A stretch of 64,000 nucleotides of DNA from Marsupella aquatica (taxonomy: Eukaryota; Plantae; Marchantiophyta), in NCBI GenBank assembly GCA_973895155.1, contig OZ316898.1:4092480-4156479 (forward strand), read 5' to 3'. Of this stretch, positions 36,667-48,948 are shown one piece after another. Within the stretch, counting starts at the first letter, position 1; each line of letters opens with the position of its first letter. The translations under genes and the position numbers were made by a program. Below the pieces are notes generated by a model. That model was not told the DNA's origin and made no database searches. It saw nothing but the letters and a program-made list of their open reading frames with translations.

Positions 36667-39438
36667 TGACTTGTCCGAGACCTTCATGAAACAGCGACTC
36701 CAAAGTTGTTGGTGTCATGTTAGTCACACCTTCTTGACTGAGTTTTGGTGAAGTTTTGAGGAGTCATGTTTACAACTTTTAGGGAAGTTGTAACTATAAC
36801 TCAGTTAAGGCAATTAGGTTGAAGTCATACAAGCGACTCTACATTAGAGTACAACTTATGAGAGCACAACATTTGAGCCCTTCAACCTTAAAGTATGGGA
36901 TCTAACCCAATACATATGATTTTGGATACACCATATGTCATCCCACATAGATTTAATTATAGTCAGGTCATACCATTTGAAACCATTACTGAGTATTCCA
37001 TCATTATTCCTGCCCCCATTTAGACACCATGAAGCGCGCCCCAGCCCCATTCAACTGCAAAAAGGATTTGTCAAAGCTTGCTAACCTAACTTAATGCTTT
37101 TTGTAGTCAATCTCTAATTTTTCTATCGCCGTCTTCTGGTCGTGCCAAAAAGGTGCTTAATTATCACCCAATTTCAGCCTCACATATGTAGCTAGGTTGG
37201 GTTTACTTATTGCCATGCCCCATAAACCTTCATGTTTCCCATGCCCCCTTCATATATGACAACCAATGCATGGTTCATGTTCAATATAAGTCCAACTTAA
37301 ATGTCCAACTTAAATATATATGATCAGCTCTTCACTACCCCAACCCTAAAAAAGTGTACTTATCATAATGGTAATGTGGGGTCATATATACCTGACTATT
37401 TGGCCTCATTTTCACCAAAGGGGGTGGTTCAAAGTTGTGACTAACCACTCACCCCACATATAACTATTGCGTAAGTCCTTTGGTTTCAAAGGAAAAAACT
37501 AATTAGGCAAATCATAGACTTTTGTGTCTCTTTTGTGCTTTCAATGTCTCCACTTCAATGTGCGTGAGTGTGCCTTTGGACACAAGTTTAGGGTGCGCGG
37601 GTTTCGTTTAACACGGCAGCAGAGTGCAAAGTTGAGTTGAATGTGCGCGGGAACTCGGTTTAGGGAAAAACTAGCTTGTCCATTCTGCTGTCGGCCGGGG
37701 ACATTCATCGTGCCTGAAGGTTTTGTGAAGGGTTTTGTGCGAGGAGCTTTACGGACTTCACTCTCGCTTGAGAGATGGTGATGGCAGGCAGGTGCAACAG
37801 CAGTGCTTGATCAAGGCTAGACTTTATTGCGTAAGTCCCTGCTCGTCGTCTGGATATGTCATTGTTGTCGGGGTCTTCATGCTCGTCTGATTTGTCTTCT
37901 GCTCTTTGTGGCCGAGAGTCGACTACCTCACTCACTGACTTCTTGTCCAATGCATACCACAACCCTATTCCTCGTTCTTAGTCTACGAATTGTTTCCAAA
38001 ACTATTCGGAGAAACTGAGTCAAAGTGTCGTTCGTTGAGTGTTGACAGTGTCGCTCTTTGGCAAGCAGGAAGGTGCTTTTTCCGGGTTTCCATCGTAAGG
38101 TTACGAGCTTCTGTTGTTGCAGCTGTGACCGACAACTGAGGAGCTACAACCAAGAGCTTATTGATTTGCAGCACTGCCGTGGACGAGGAGCTGTGGAGGG
38201 CCGGGGAGCTGCAAGAAAGTGGGGAGTGATCTTGAAGGCCAACTATCTAGCGTGAGGTAGATCATCGTGGCTGCAACATTGACCGGGCCTTTTTTTGCGT
38301 TGGGCACTGTGAGTAAGGTAGTCTACGGAGGCGCGAAAGAGTCACGAGGAGTCGAGTTCAGCTACGGCAGTATTTACTTCAATTGTCCCAATGTGGTTGG
38401 CGTGAGCTGCAAGTGAGCTTAGCTGTGTGCACATTTCATGTAAGTCAGGTGGTCGGTGTTTTAGGCATTGCGGAACTTGATTGACCACCCCATGGCTAAG
38501 GTTTAAGGTGCGGACTACAACAAATATGTGTTGTTGCTGAAAGTGTTGGTGGTGAGCGACAACTGGTATTGTTTCAGCTAAAGGGAGCACATTGGAGCTT
38601 GTGTATCCATGACCTGCGACCGATTGCGGCTGCCTGTTGTTACAATCGCCGAATCAATCACGCACCCAATCTTGCGGGTAGACACAACTTTGCGGGAGTG
38701 TTGAAGGTTTAGGGTGAGCAACAGCGGAGAGCTCATTGCTTGGTGGCAGGGTTCAAGGTGGATGATCGGGCTGCAAGGCCAACCGGGGACTTGTTTTGCA
38801 TTGAGCGATTGCTGCGGATTGCTACGCAGCTTCAGTTAGGGCGGCTTGGTGCTACATCGGCACACGTAAGGCTGCAATCCCCTATCGACGCGGACTCACC
38901 TCGTGACTGCAAGTATAGTTGTCTAGGTGATGTATGCATTGCGTGTTTAGGGTCTAGGTGACATCGCTGCTAAGCAAAATTTGTGAGCTGCCTAGGTCCA
39001 TTGCCGAATGTTGCTTCCTTTAAATTACCTGGTGCCTGCTGTTACAATCGCCTGCTCAATCATGCACCCAATCGCCTGGAGCTCATTTGCCTGGAGCTTC
39101 ATCCGTCAGATTCAAACTGTTATTGCTGCTCTGCCCTTTTGCCATGGGTTGCCGGCCTACCGGATGCTATCAACAGATTAAGAACAAGTCATATCCTAAG
39201 TCCCGGTGTTGCAGTGATGTCCCCGACCCTAAGATGCTTTCCGAACTCATCTTTCTTGTTTCCTGTTGCTGCTGATGTATGTATGTTCTCCCCTATTTTT
39301 GCTTACAGATTGGTCTCTCCACACTTCTTGCTTGACATGATTGTTTTGCTCCTCCCTGTATCAGAACATGCCTTGTGCCCGGCGGTGGGGTGGGGGGGTG
39401 AACAGACGACCTTAAGGTTCACTACATTTCTAGGAACT

Positions 39439-39603
39439 GTGCATCTTTCAGCTGATTTTAGCCGCAAGTTCCCTTGCTTTCCCCTGTTTTTGCTAAGATC
39501 CCTCCCACTAATCACATGCATCTTTCAGCTGATTTTAGCCGCAAGTTCCCTTGCTTTCCCCTGCTTTTGCTAAGATCCCTCCCCACTAATGACATGCATC
39601 CTT
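39439..39603. repeat. ~76-bp tandem duplication
   Basis: tgcatctttcagctgattttagccgcaagttcccttgctttcccctg..ctaagatccctccc occurs twice. Confidence 0.85.
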
Positions 39604-40644
39604 TACTTTTCTCGGTGGCCCGTGCGCCTGCCTTCCTACTTTCGTTCTTATGGACTCTCCTTAGGTTTTCATTCACCTGGTTTTGGACTTTTTGCTCCGG
39701 TGGAATCTGTCTTGACAACTTGTGTTTGTTCTAATTGTTAATATCTCAAGAGGGTCGTCAACTAAGCTGAAAGGAGTCAAAGCTAACTACAAGCTAGCAA
39801 ATACAGAGAATGCTCCCAAGTCGAGTCAGGAGGAAGTTACTAAAACTAGACCTTCACAACTCTCGAAACTGGAAAGTGAAATTCAGCGTGAGACACGTAG
39901 CTGAAGGCCACAAGGATAACTATATGGCCACGCTGTCCCCCATTCAAGTCCAAAGTCCTCTTCAGATTGTCTGAACTCCTATTGAATGTATTGAATAATT
40001 ATTTCATCACAGAAATTTTCAGAACAAACACGGAAGCACCAGGGGGCTGAGGATTGGATATTGAGGCTGAAGACATTGAGGTAATAAACTAGGTGTGGTT
40101 CGGGTGACAATGTTAGCAACTGATGCTTCTTCAGGGGAACTTCCCATGTGCAGTTTATCCACACATGATTGACTTTGGTTCTTGCTGTTTTTCTTTTGGT
40201 GTACTCTTGAGTTTGGTGTCACTCTATCCTTTCCTGTAGCCTCGAAATAGGAACACACCTGCTTAGTGGTCCCCAATCGCCCAATGATTTATAATGACTG
40301 TGTCTAGGTGATGTATGCATTGCATGTTCATTCCAAAAGAATGAATATGTACACTTTGCACAAACCTGGACAGATTTTGAATGTTATTTATCTGAGTTTC
40401 TGTTTGTGAGCTCTGACTTGGAGCCTTAACATTTGTGTTTATGTGGGGCTGAGCAGAGTTTGTTCCGTCTAGAAGCTGCTGTACTGAAGTGATCAGCCTC
40501 CGGCTTGGAGGTGAATCTTCAATTTTTTGTGGATCCGAGTGACTTCTGTCCAGCTGAGTTTTGCTTTGTCGGGACGATTGTGTTTGGCTAAGATGCTAGA
40601 TTGTGGCTTGTCTTCTTGCTTCCAGCTTGTGTATTTTCAATTAA

Positions 40645-40985
40645 TCAATCTATTCATTAAAAGTGAATTATTATTCAATTTGTGAACATTTGGGCAATAG
40701 AAAGTGTACATTTGGCTTTCAAAAAGTGTACATTTGGACAAGAAATAAAAGTGATGGCCATTAGACATACCACCATGTTCATCTTTTATAAATGAACTAG
40801 GATGAGACTACTTCTAGTAAAGATCATTTTTTCTCCCTCAAGTTTACAATTGACTATTTAGGTGTAGAGTATTGTACTATAGTATACCTTTTGGGGTTAA
40901 AAAATGTACATTTAGAGACCAAAAATTGTACATTTTGAGGCCTAAAAGTGAACAAAATAAAATACACTTTTAATGAATAGGGTGA
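40645..40985. mobile_element. AT-rich MITE (~340 bp) with internal TGTACATTT repeats
   Basis: Perfect inverted 16-mers CTATTCATTAAAAGTG (40650-40665) / CACTTTTAATGAATAG (40965-40980). TSD is ambiguous. Confidence 0.7.
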
Positions 40986-41133
40986 TATTAATAGAAGTTG
41001 GGAACGAAGTGATAATTGAATTTCCTTATATTAAGCATCTTCACCTAGAAACTCAATACATAAACTCCAGGATTCCCTCGGGACATAAAATGAGCCAAAT
41101 TGTCTCAAAATTGGGAACCTGCACCCGCACTAC

Positions 41134-41476
41134 TCAAACAATTGTGTTGGGCTTGGTGGCCTTGTAAGTCGTCTTTAGCTTTCGCAATGGAGGTTGAATC
41201 TTGCAGTACGTCAAGGGGAACTTGATCTTTGAATCATGGAATTGCTTGGTACTTTCTCGCTTGCACAGAGAGACAGGGACTGTCGTAGTCTTCATGATCT
41301 GGATGCAAGGGAACCGAACTCTATGACAAGAAGCCATCTCATCATACATCTGCTCTGCAGCTCCGTTTCTTGTGGTATCACAATATTCCTTGTACATGTT
41401 GTGATAACCTATACGACTCTGATACGTGGACCCAGATACCGAAGTTCTTAATTGTGGTGGGCTTCTTTTCGAAGAT
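41134..41476 (-). pseudogene. RPL18a: Captured last exon of 60S ribosomal protein L18a (eL20), frameshifted
   Basis: After acceptor TACCAG| it reads [15 protein letters not shown], then a frameshift, then [69 protein letters not shown]. Confidence 0.93.
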
Positions 41477-42484
41477 CTGGTAGACACATTATTCAGCATT
41501 TGCTAACTTCGAAACTAGAAGGGTAACACATTAAACAACAGAGAAACTCACAACATCCTCCTTTGGTCCTTCAGAGTCTGTACTTTGATTCTGAACTTTG
41601 ACTGAGTTTTTGTTTACTAAAAGAATGTGACTGTGTAAGAGTTCCGTTTGGCAGTGGATTGGTTGAAGCACTTCATGCTAGTGTGTTGTCCACAGCTCTT
41701 CAACCAGCTTTCGTCTTCCTTGTCTTTCACCACTTACGATGACATCAATTCAGCTAAGACCATAGAAGGTTCCAAAGCATCTAACTTGTAAAATCGCATT
41801 CTGTTACATCAAGGACTAAGGTGTTGGGTGCCAAAGGAGACAGCACAACAAACACGCTGAAAAGACTTCAGGACTGGGTTCAACAAGGTAGTGAAGGTGC
41901 TTAGAGCCATAGTAAGTATGCATTCTGTATCTTTCTCTGTTGATGTGAGCTTGTGCATAATGGGAGTTGTAGTTGGCAAGAGTTCCAAATATGAATAGAT
42001 CCAGAAGTATGTGATCATGTACTTGCTCTATAAAGTTCTGAAGATATAAGCATTTTCTATTAGACCAGGCAACTTGGGAGTTGGTAAGTGTCACCTGCAT
42101 CTGAGGGGCTACACTGGGGCATCAGTGGAGGTTCACTTGCACAACACGACAACCAGTGAATTTTCTCTCTGCTGCAACCTGCAAGGTGAGACTTTCGGTC
42201 TTTCTGGATGAAAAAACAGGAGTTTAATATTATTGATATACATGTCCGTTGAGAATATGGGTTTATCACCAAGCTCTTTGTCTTAGGAAACTCATAAACT
42301 CAGAATCAAATATGTACTATGCACGTTTCATGCTATGTGTATACTATGACCTGTAGTTGGAACCAAGACAATGAGTGGGAACTGATTAGTTTAGGTGGTT
42401 GCTGTTGGTGAGGCAAGTCGACCTCCTGCTCACCTTGCTCATCAAAGGACGTGAACAGAGGACATCACAACGAAAGCAACACTT

Positions 42485-42934
42485 ATGGTGAGGACCCGCA
42501 ACGCTGAACATGTGCAACTTGCACGCAAGGCAGAGATGTTGCGCCTTGAGTATGTCAGACTTGGGATCCTTCCAGCCCAGTCTGCATGGTACTTTGAGTA
42601 CCCTGTTGTTTCCAGGAACAACTACAGCCGGCCTCTACCTGCTTCAGTACCCTTCCCGACATCCTTGGTATTTGTGTCTCTTGTACATGACCCGCCACAA
42701 ATTAGGTGCCAAGGGTGTGTACACAGTTGCCAATATGACTGTCCTGCCTGTAGGGCTTCTGGCCCAGAATTGGATGACCGTTCTCTTGGATGCCAATTTT
42801 TGCACAGAGCACAATGTATCATCTGGAACCACTCACCATCCTGCAGTGTGCCTGGTGATGTCACTTGTCCTGCCCTCCCAGACCCCACCACCGGTGACTT
42901 TGGTGTCTACACATGTTTGGATCACATGCTCTAG
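42485..42934 (+). CDS. Cys/His-rich 149-aa cargo ORF of element A (atypical zinc-finger pattern)
   Basis: Open with the same start and stop as the paralog at 59753-60202. Contains CQGC..CPAC..C.F.H...C..CLDH. Confidence 0.55.
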   Translation: MVRTRNAEHVQLARKAEMLRLEYVRLGILPAQSAWYFEYPVVSRNNYSRPLPASVPFPTSLVFVSLVHDPPQIRCQGCVHSCQYDCPACRASGPELDDRSLGCQFLHRAQCIIWNHSPSCSVPGDVTCPALPDPTTGDFGVYTCLDHML

Positions 42935-43548
42935 AGGACCACTTGTCACACCGCATGCACAGACCAGATACCATTGACCTATAGCTTAACACTCTGACTT
43001 CAACACAGAGGATATTTACTTAAAATTTGATGTATGAGCAATTTTGGGTCCAGGGTTTAGGGTCAACAGTACATAACTTATATCCTATTATGCCTGCACT
43101 AAGCAAAATATCCTAATTTAAGAGGCTAGCAAACTCGCATAAAAGTCTCTATTGAAAGACTGCTTTCATGACTGCTTTAACCTGGTGAACATTGCAACGT
43201 TGAATGAATTAATGGGCCATGTGATAATATGCAAAATGATTTATGCCTCACTTATTTGTCTCAGCCACTATCATAACCTATTTAGGATGTATAAATTTCA
43301 ACCCTTATGACACTGCTTCATACCAATCCTCTTCGAAGAATGCCTGTTTTACATGTCACGACTATTGTATGTGATTCAAATGCATGAAATGTTGTTGCAG
43401 ATCTCCTTTGGTGAATCATAGCCACAATTAAAATTGAGGTGTTGGTGGAGAAATTGTATTAGGGGATCAGTTTTGTGTGTGGGCTCAACATACCAAAAGT
43501 ATGTGTGCTCTGCATCCTTGTGTGGCCATTCCAATTCATTGCAGTAGC

Positions 43549-43692
43549 AAATGCCTTTGTACCTTAAATGCTAAATATATTTTACTTTCTGTGCAGTCTG
43601 CTAAATTGTAGAGTCTATCTAAATGCCTTTGTACCTTAAATGCTAAATATATTTTACTTTCTGTGCAGTCTGCTAAATTGTAGAGTCTATCT
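43549..43692. repeat. ~72-bp exact tandem duplication just upstream of the PHD gene
   Basis: aaatgcctttgtaccttaaatgctaaatatattttactttctgtgcagtctgctaaattgtagagtctatct occurs twice. Confidence 0.9.
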
Positions 43693-44300
43693 CATGCGCA
43701 GGCATGGCATGGCCTAAAATTCAAGCCAAAAAGCGTGTGACAGAGGTGAGAAACACAGGTGTACTTGGGGCAGATGCTACTAACTTCTCTGCAAGTTAGA
43801 TTTTCCAGAAGGCAGCTCATTGTTGTGCCATTTGTGACGATGGTGGGGGCCTGGTCATTTGTGAGGGCCCTTGCATGAGGCATTTCCACCTCAACCCGGA
43901 GTCTGACCTTGCTGCAGAAAACAACTGTCCAGGGGTGGGCCTCCCATCAACACACCAGGGAGACAAGATGTGCACTGATTGTTTGGAGAAGCAGGCTAAG
44001 TGTGCACAGTGTGGGAAGTTGGGGTCCTATGAGGGCTCTGTTGATGCTGCAGCAAATGTTAGGAAATATCCAGACCGTTTTTGTGTGAGATTTTTCTGTT
44101 TTGAGTGTTTGCCTGCTCATGCCACAGCTTGCCCACTTCATAGGTGCAAGGCATGTGGTGAGCATGATGATGACTACTGGACTGACATAGTCCACTGTGC
44201 TAGGTGTCCCACTATGTGGCACTATCATTGCCTGAAAGATCATCAAGCAGAGGGTTATGCTTGTGACAGAGAAATCTATGATCACTCTGCACATGGTGTT

Positions 44301-47300
44301 TGTGGTGCGTCCCATGGCTCCCTAAACCCAAGAAACCCCCCAGCTCAAGCCGATTCCCGCAGGTTTCGTGCTTGGCGAGGCCGTTTCCGTGGCTTAGCGG
44401 CATGGGACGCTGCTAACCTTCTACTACTACTATTAACATTTTACACACATATACTGGACAGATCCTTCATCGGGTCATGAGATACGTAGCCGGCCTAATA
44501 TAGGCCTTCCCCTGTCTTCCCCTGTCTTCCCCTCCGTCTTGTTAGGTATGTTTGGATTCCGCCGCCGGAATGATCCCCAATAGGCTTGGTTAAGCCGCTA
44601 AGACCTCTCTCAGCTCGACACATCCAACTCTCACTCCCCTGCTTACTTTCCTTCCTTCTGTTGATGTGGGCACTCTTCACACAAGTTAATGCGACACACA
44701 AATAGCAAAATGACTCATTCTGACTGAGTCATACCATGCACTTGCCATACAAACAGTACATCTCATACACAAGTTCTGCGAACTAAGCCGTGAGGCCAAC
44801 TCTATTCAGCTCTTAGGCATGAGGAAACATGAATATACACAAGGGTCACTGTATGACTAACCGAGAGCTTCTCGTACTACTTGATCCCAGCCCGGCTGGT
44901 GCAAACTAAAAACTTGCTAAAGAAGAGGCCCTGAGCTCCCCGCTGCCCAGGTACTTATCCTGGTAGTGGATCCGCCATTCTTTGCATCGTAAGCCTAATC
45001 TACTTAACAGTAATCTACTTGCCCGAATCTACCTATGTACAGCAAGGCAGGAGCACAAGTGTTGCTCCTACCAGTGGGACCGCAATCCCACTAAGCTAAG
45101 TGTCAGGGCCGCTCCTGGTTCTGATCCTAATCCTAAACGTGGAGATCCGTGCCCGCCCTGCCCACTCACGCCTCCTCCCTCCACGTCCGCCCTCCCTAAA
45201 AGGAACGGCGCCCTTGCACCGTCACGACACCGGTGGTGGATCCTCAATGGACGCCCCCAACACTTCCTCCTCAGCCACTGCCGTTGGCCCGCCTACTGAC
45301 AGATTACCTGCCCTTGACCGAGTCAACTCTCCATCGGCCTGATTGGGTCCACCTTCGGCTTCAGCCTCGACAACTCCCACGGCTTCGGCTTCAGCCACCC
45401 CCACGGCTTCGGCTTCAGCCAACCCCACGGCTTCGGCCTCCCCTTCCCCTAGGGTAGTTGGATCCTTAGCCGTGACCCTGTCTGGGGTCGGTGCTGGGTC
45501 TACCTCCTTGATCACCACGGCCTGTGAAGTCGTATTACTCCTTGACCCTGAAGGTTTCCGCTTCTTCTTCGTTGGTGGCTCGGCAGCTGGTCCCTTCCCC
45601 TTCCCACTTACCTCCGGCACTGGTGCAGGTGGTGCGGCTTGTCCTTCGGCAATTACCACCCCTGGTAACTGGTTTGTCCCAACAGGAGATGGACCTGCTG
45701 CAGCTAAGCATTTAAATACTGCGGCTTGTTTCTTCAGCCGCTCTGTTTGGTTGTCGGCCCGCCGCTGTAGGTTCTCCATCTTCCTCGTGATTTCCTCCAA
45801 CTCCTCTTGGGTTTCATCCAGGTCCTTACGTGCCCCCTCCAGCTCGTTTTTGGCCTCCTCCTGCTCCCTGTGGGCTTCCTCCAATTCCTTCTTCAAGGTA
45901 GCCTTCTCCTCCTGGGTTGCTCTTAGCTCCTTGTCGAGCTCTGCAATGATGACAGACTCCATCTGGTTCATCTTGGCGTAAGTCTGTTCGAGCATCTCGT
46001 CCTTCTCCCTTAGGTCGGCCTTGAAGCTGGCCGTCAGGGACGCAAGCTCCTGCTGCAGCGCCATAATCCCTTGATAGGATTTCCCTAACTCGACCTCCTT
46101 CTGCTCAAGGGCTCCGCGGATTTTCTCGAGCTCCCCTTTCAACGCCCATTCCTTTCTTTGGGTCTCCGCCATGGCCCGGCTGTTGGCTGTTATGTGGGCC
46201 TCCTCTGTATTCTTCAGCTCTTGCTTCCACTTTTCCCTTTCTTTGATCGTGTCGGCCAACTCTTCCTGCGTCTGAGTCAGTTTATCCTTGATATTCTGAT
46301 TATCAGCCTGCGCGGCGTCCAACTGCCCCTGCATGATGTTCAGCTCATGTCGTTTAATCCGCAGTTCATCTTGGGCTTTCTTGGCCGCCCTTAGATCTTC
46401 AATCTCGGCTCCCATCCTCCTAAGCCGCCGAATGACCTCGTCCTTCTTGCTTCTCTCTAAAGCCACCGCTTCTTCTAATTGGTGCTTCTCCAACTGCTCC
46501 CTATGGAAAAAGGGTCCTACCTCCAACTCCTCTCCAAAGATGCCGAGCGCAAGTTCCCCACACATCTCACCATACTCCATGGCTCTATTCTTAGCGTAGG
46601 TGGAGTAAGTAGAAGTGATCGGCATCGCCCATCGTGGCCTCTGCTCCCAAGCCGTCCTGCGGATCTCTTCAATCGTGGCTAGAGGTTTGCTTCCTTTTTC
46701 GGCTAGCCGCCTGATGTCCTCCGGCCAATCTCCTCCTGGTAAATCCTTTTCCTTAGCCAGGGCGGCCTCTTCCTCCTGCTTGATTCGCTCCTGAAATTCC
46801 TGCACCGTCTGTTTTATGCCGTCGAAGCTCGGGGGAGCAACATCTGGTGGGGGAGACTCAGGGCTACTCTGCTGGTTGGGGTCCCCTCGCACTACCCTTG
46901 GAAGTGTGGGGACAAACCGGCCACAGGTCCTTACTCCTGGAACGTGATGGTCCGACCCATAGCCGGAATTATCATGGCTGCAGTCCTCCACTGCCTCCTC
47001 TACCTCTTGGATTTCCGACTTCTCCCTCTCCTCTTCCTCGGTAGGAGCTTCAGGCAATTCTGCCTCAGATTCAGAGCTTGAGGTTCCCACGAACATTCGA
47101 ACACCTGGCTTGGATTCCGGCCTGATTCTCTCCTTGTCTCCAACAAAGGGGTTTTCTCTTGTGAGCTGGTGTAGGCCTACCTCTGTAGTAGTGTCCTGCA
47201 TTGGTGCCGTTGCCGTTGTTGTTGCCGATGCCGATTTCTTTTCTTTCTCCAGTAGTTTCAGCAGACTCTGCATGCCTGGTTGCTGCATCGGCAAGTCTTC

Positions 47301-48948
47301 CTTCCTGGGCCTAAACACCTGCTCGATCGTAGGACTAACAGGTGGTTGAGGCTTCTCAGCCAACGGCCTCGGCGTTGGAGCTTCCTCGGGTGCCCTTACC
47401 TGCAGGGGAAGTACCGGGGCAAAAGTCTGACCTCTGGCATACCGGCACAACAGCGGCATGTGATAGCCAAGCCGCGACACGCTCCCCATGCCGATTACCT
47501 GCTGCTCCTCCTTTAAGATCTTCTTCAATTGGTTGAGGAGGTACCCGTTGTAGTCCCGGCTTGGGTCTGGCCTTTCTGCCAGATAGACCTGTGCCTTGCC
47601 GATCTCTGCCCTCGGCAAGTTACAATGCATGGTCACCCGCAAGAAGTCGATCATCTCTCCTATGTGCGGGTTGGTGCAGGTGTTCCGGAAGAAGCCATTC
47701 TTCGTTGATGGCCCGGGGAACGACCGGAACTCCTTGTCAGGCAAGGTCTTCCTGGTATCAACTTTGGTCTTATTGCCCATCGGCAAGCCAAACACTTCGG
47801 CAATCACCTTGGGAGTAAGATAGAAATCCTTCCCATATATCCTCGTGCAATTGGTCTCGGGTTCCCATGACCCCACAAATTCTAATAGGTCTGACTCCGG
47901 TACCTCCGGCTTCAGCCATGGTAATCTTACAAAGGCCTCCAAGCCGGATCCGGCCATGAAGCCTTGGTACTTCTTGGTCTGCATGGCCGTAAAGCATGCA
48001 TCCTCCTCCCGTGCAAAATGTAGTTGCACCTCCACCGGTAGGGTTGCCGCCCAGCCCTTCCAGGTGTCATCCCTGGTTGGAATGGCCTTGATGGGATCGA
48101 CCTCCTCCTCTTCGGCTTCTCCCTGCCTCCTGCTCTGCTGCTCGGCTGGCTTCTTTGGTGCCGCCGACCTCGTTCTTTTTGCCGGGGTGGCTTCATCGTT
48201 GACGGCTCCCTTCCTCTTCATCTCTGCTGCCGTGGAGGTTTCTCCTAGCACCGTTGCCTGGGTCCACCTTTCCGTGCTACCCTTTAATTCCCAGTGTATG
48301 TCGTTGCAGTTCTTGATGGCCTCTCGGATGCCGACGACGCTGTCTTTGCAAAATAGAAGATCGTCGAGTTGATTGGAAGTAGGCGTCCACAGGAACTCGT
48401 CCTTGATGAGTTCGCCTCCTAAGAAAGCCGTCTTCTGCAGCTCCCACAATCGAGCGAGCTCCTGCCGTTCTCGAGCTGCCCTTTCTGACTCCTCGTCCTC
48501 GTAAGTCTTGATGTACTCAGTTGCCCGTTCGAACAGGCATCCCCAGAAATGTGCCGCTTGATTGACGTTGCTCATACCCTCCTTAGGTTGATCGTCGGTA
48601 TCTACTCTCTCCCCGAGTGCTTGCCTAAGCAGCTGACAGTAGTTGGCCTCCCGTAGTCGTCTGCCTAGTTCGTGCTCACAAATGAGCCACCATCTCCTGC
48701 AAGCGCTCCTTACCCCTCTCCTCTGCCGGTCCTTCTTCCCGTTGATCCTTCCTAGCCGCCGACGCTTAACGCGCCCTAACCCTAATCGGGTTTTCACCCT
48801 CAGCCTTACCTCCGACCTCTGCCCGGGTTCCATGGTTGCCCCTAATTGTTTATATTTTCCTTGTTTTGTCACTATACTAAGGTGTTCCTAGGGTGCCTTC
48901 CTGCTTTACCCACTTAACCGGCCGAGTGATTCCTGTCTAGGCATCACA
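44301..48948 (-). mobile_element. Solo LTR of the gypsy family (4648 bp, reverse orientation)
   Basis: Full reverse-complement LTR with TSD GTGTT on both sides. The empty site is visible in the paralog at ~61460. Confidence 0.98.
45222..48872 (-). CDS. Intact LTR-encoded protein, 1216 aa from GTG (1203 aa from the first ATG): basic N-terminus, transposon-associated central domain, acidic linker, long coiled coil, low-complexity tail
   Basis: Uninterrupted 3651-bp ORF wholly inside the LTR. GLEAFV..LLEFVGSW..IYGKDFYLTPKVIAEVFGLP resembles Athila-ORF/PMD/Transposase_32-like extra ORFs. About 270 aa of heptad-rich E/K/L/Q sequence; NLS-like PPTKKKRK. Confidence 0.9.
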   Translation of the reverse strand: MTKQGKYKQLGATMEPGQRSEVRLRVKTRLGLGRVKRRRLGRINGKKDRQRRGVRSACRRWWLICEHELGRRLREANYCQLLRQALGERVDTDDQPKEGMSNVNQAAHFWGCLFERATEYIKTYEDEESERAARERQELARLWELQKTAFLGGELIKDEFLWTPTSNQLDDLLFCKDSVVGIREAIKNCNDIHWELKGSTERWTQATVLGETSTAAEMKRKGAVNDEATPAKRTRSAAPKKPAEQQSRRQGEAEEEEVDPIKAIPTRDDTWKGWAATLPVEVQLHFAREEDACFTAMQTKKYQGFMAGSGLEAFVRLPWLKPEVPESDLLEFVGSWEPETNCTRIYGKDFYLTPKVIAEVFGLPMGNKTKVDTRKTLPDKEFRSFPGPSTKNGFFRNTCTNPHIGEMIDFLRVTMHCNLPRAEIGKAQVYLAERPDPSRDYNGYLLNQLKKILKEEQQVIGMGSVSRLGYHMPLLCRYARGQTFAPVLPLQVRAPEEAPTPRPLAEKPQPPVSPTIEQVFRPRKEDLPMQQPGMQSLLKLLEKEKKSASATTTATAPMQDTTTEVGLHQLTRENPFVGDKERIRPESKPGVRMFVGTSSSESEAELPEAPTEEEEREKSEIQEVEEAVEDCSHDNSGYGSDHHVPGVRTCGRFVPTLPRVVRGDPNQQSSPESPPPDVAPPSFDGIKQTVQEFQERIKQEEEAALAKEKDLPGGDWPEDIRRLAEKGSKPLATIEEIRRTAWEQRPRWAMPITSTYSTYAKNRAMEYGEMCGELALGIFGEELEVGPFFHREQLEKHQLEEAVALERSKKDEVIRRLRRMGAEIEDLRAAKKAQDELRIKRHELNIMQGQLDAAQADNQNIKDKLTQTQEELADTIKEREKWKQELKNTEEAHITANSRAMAETQRKEWALKGELEKIRGALEQKEVELGKSYQGIMALQQELASLTASFKADLREKDEMLEQTYAKMNQMESVIIAELDKELRATQEEKATLKKELEEAHREQEEAKNELEGARKDLDETQEELEEITRKMENLQRRADNQTERLKKQAAVFKCLAAAGPSPVGTNQLPGVVIAEGQAAPPAPVPEVSGKGKGPAAEPPTKKKRKPSGSRSNTTSQAVVIKEVDPAPTPDRVTAKDPTTLGEGEAEAVGLAEAEAVGVAEAEAVGVVEAEAEGGPNQADGELTRSRAGNLSVGGPTAVAEEEVLGASIEDPPPVS

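Noticed and set aside
37600-39400. ORFs in the CpG-rich region near the start of element A (and 51700-54200 in B)
   Set aside because: No recognisable domains, and frames are not conserved between A and B despite patchy nucleotide similarity.
43875-44480. 201-aa ORF that looks like a PHD protein with a hydrophobic tail
   Set aside because: Chimera: the PHD frame reads into the antisense end of the solo LTR at 44301. The real C-terminus is at 48954-49037.
45222-48872. LTR ORF as a retroviral Env or a captured myosin/SMC gene
   Set aside because: No signal peptide or transmembrane segment is evident and there are no motor or ATPase motifs. A coiled coil alone is not diagnostic.
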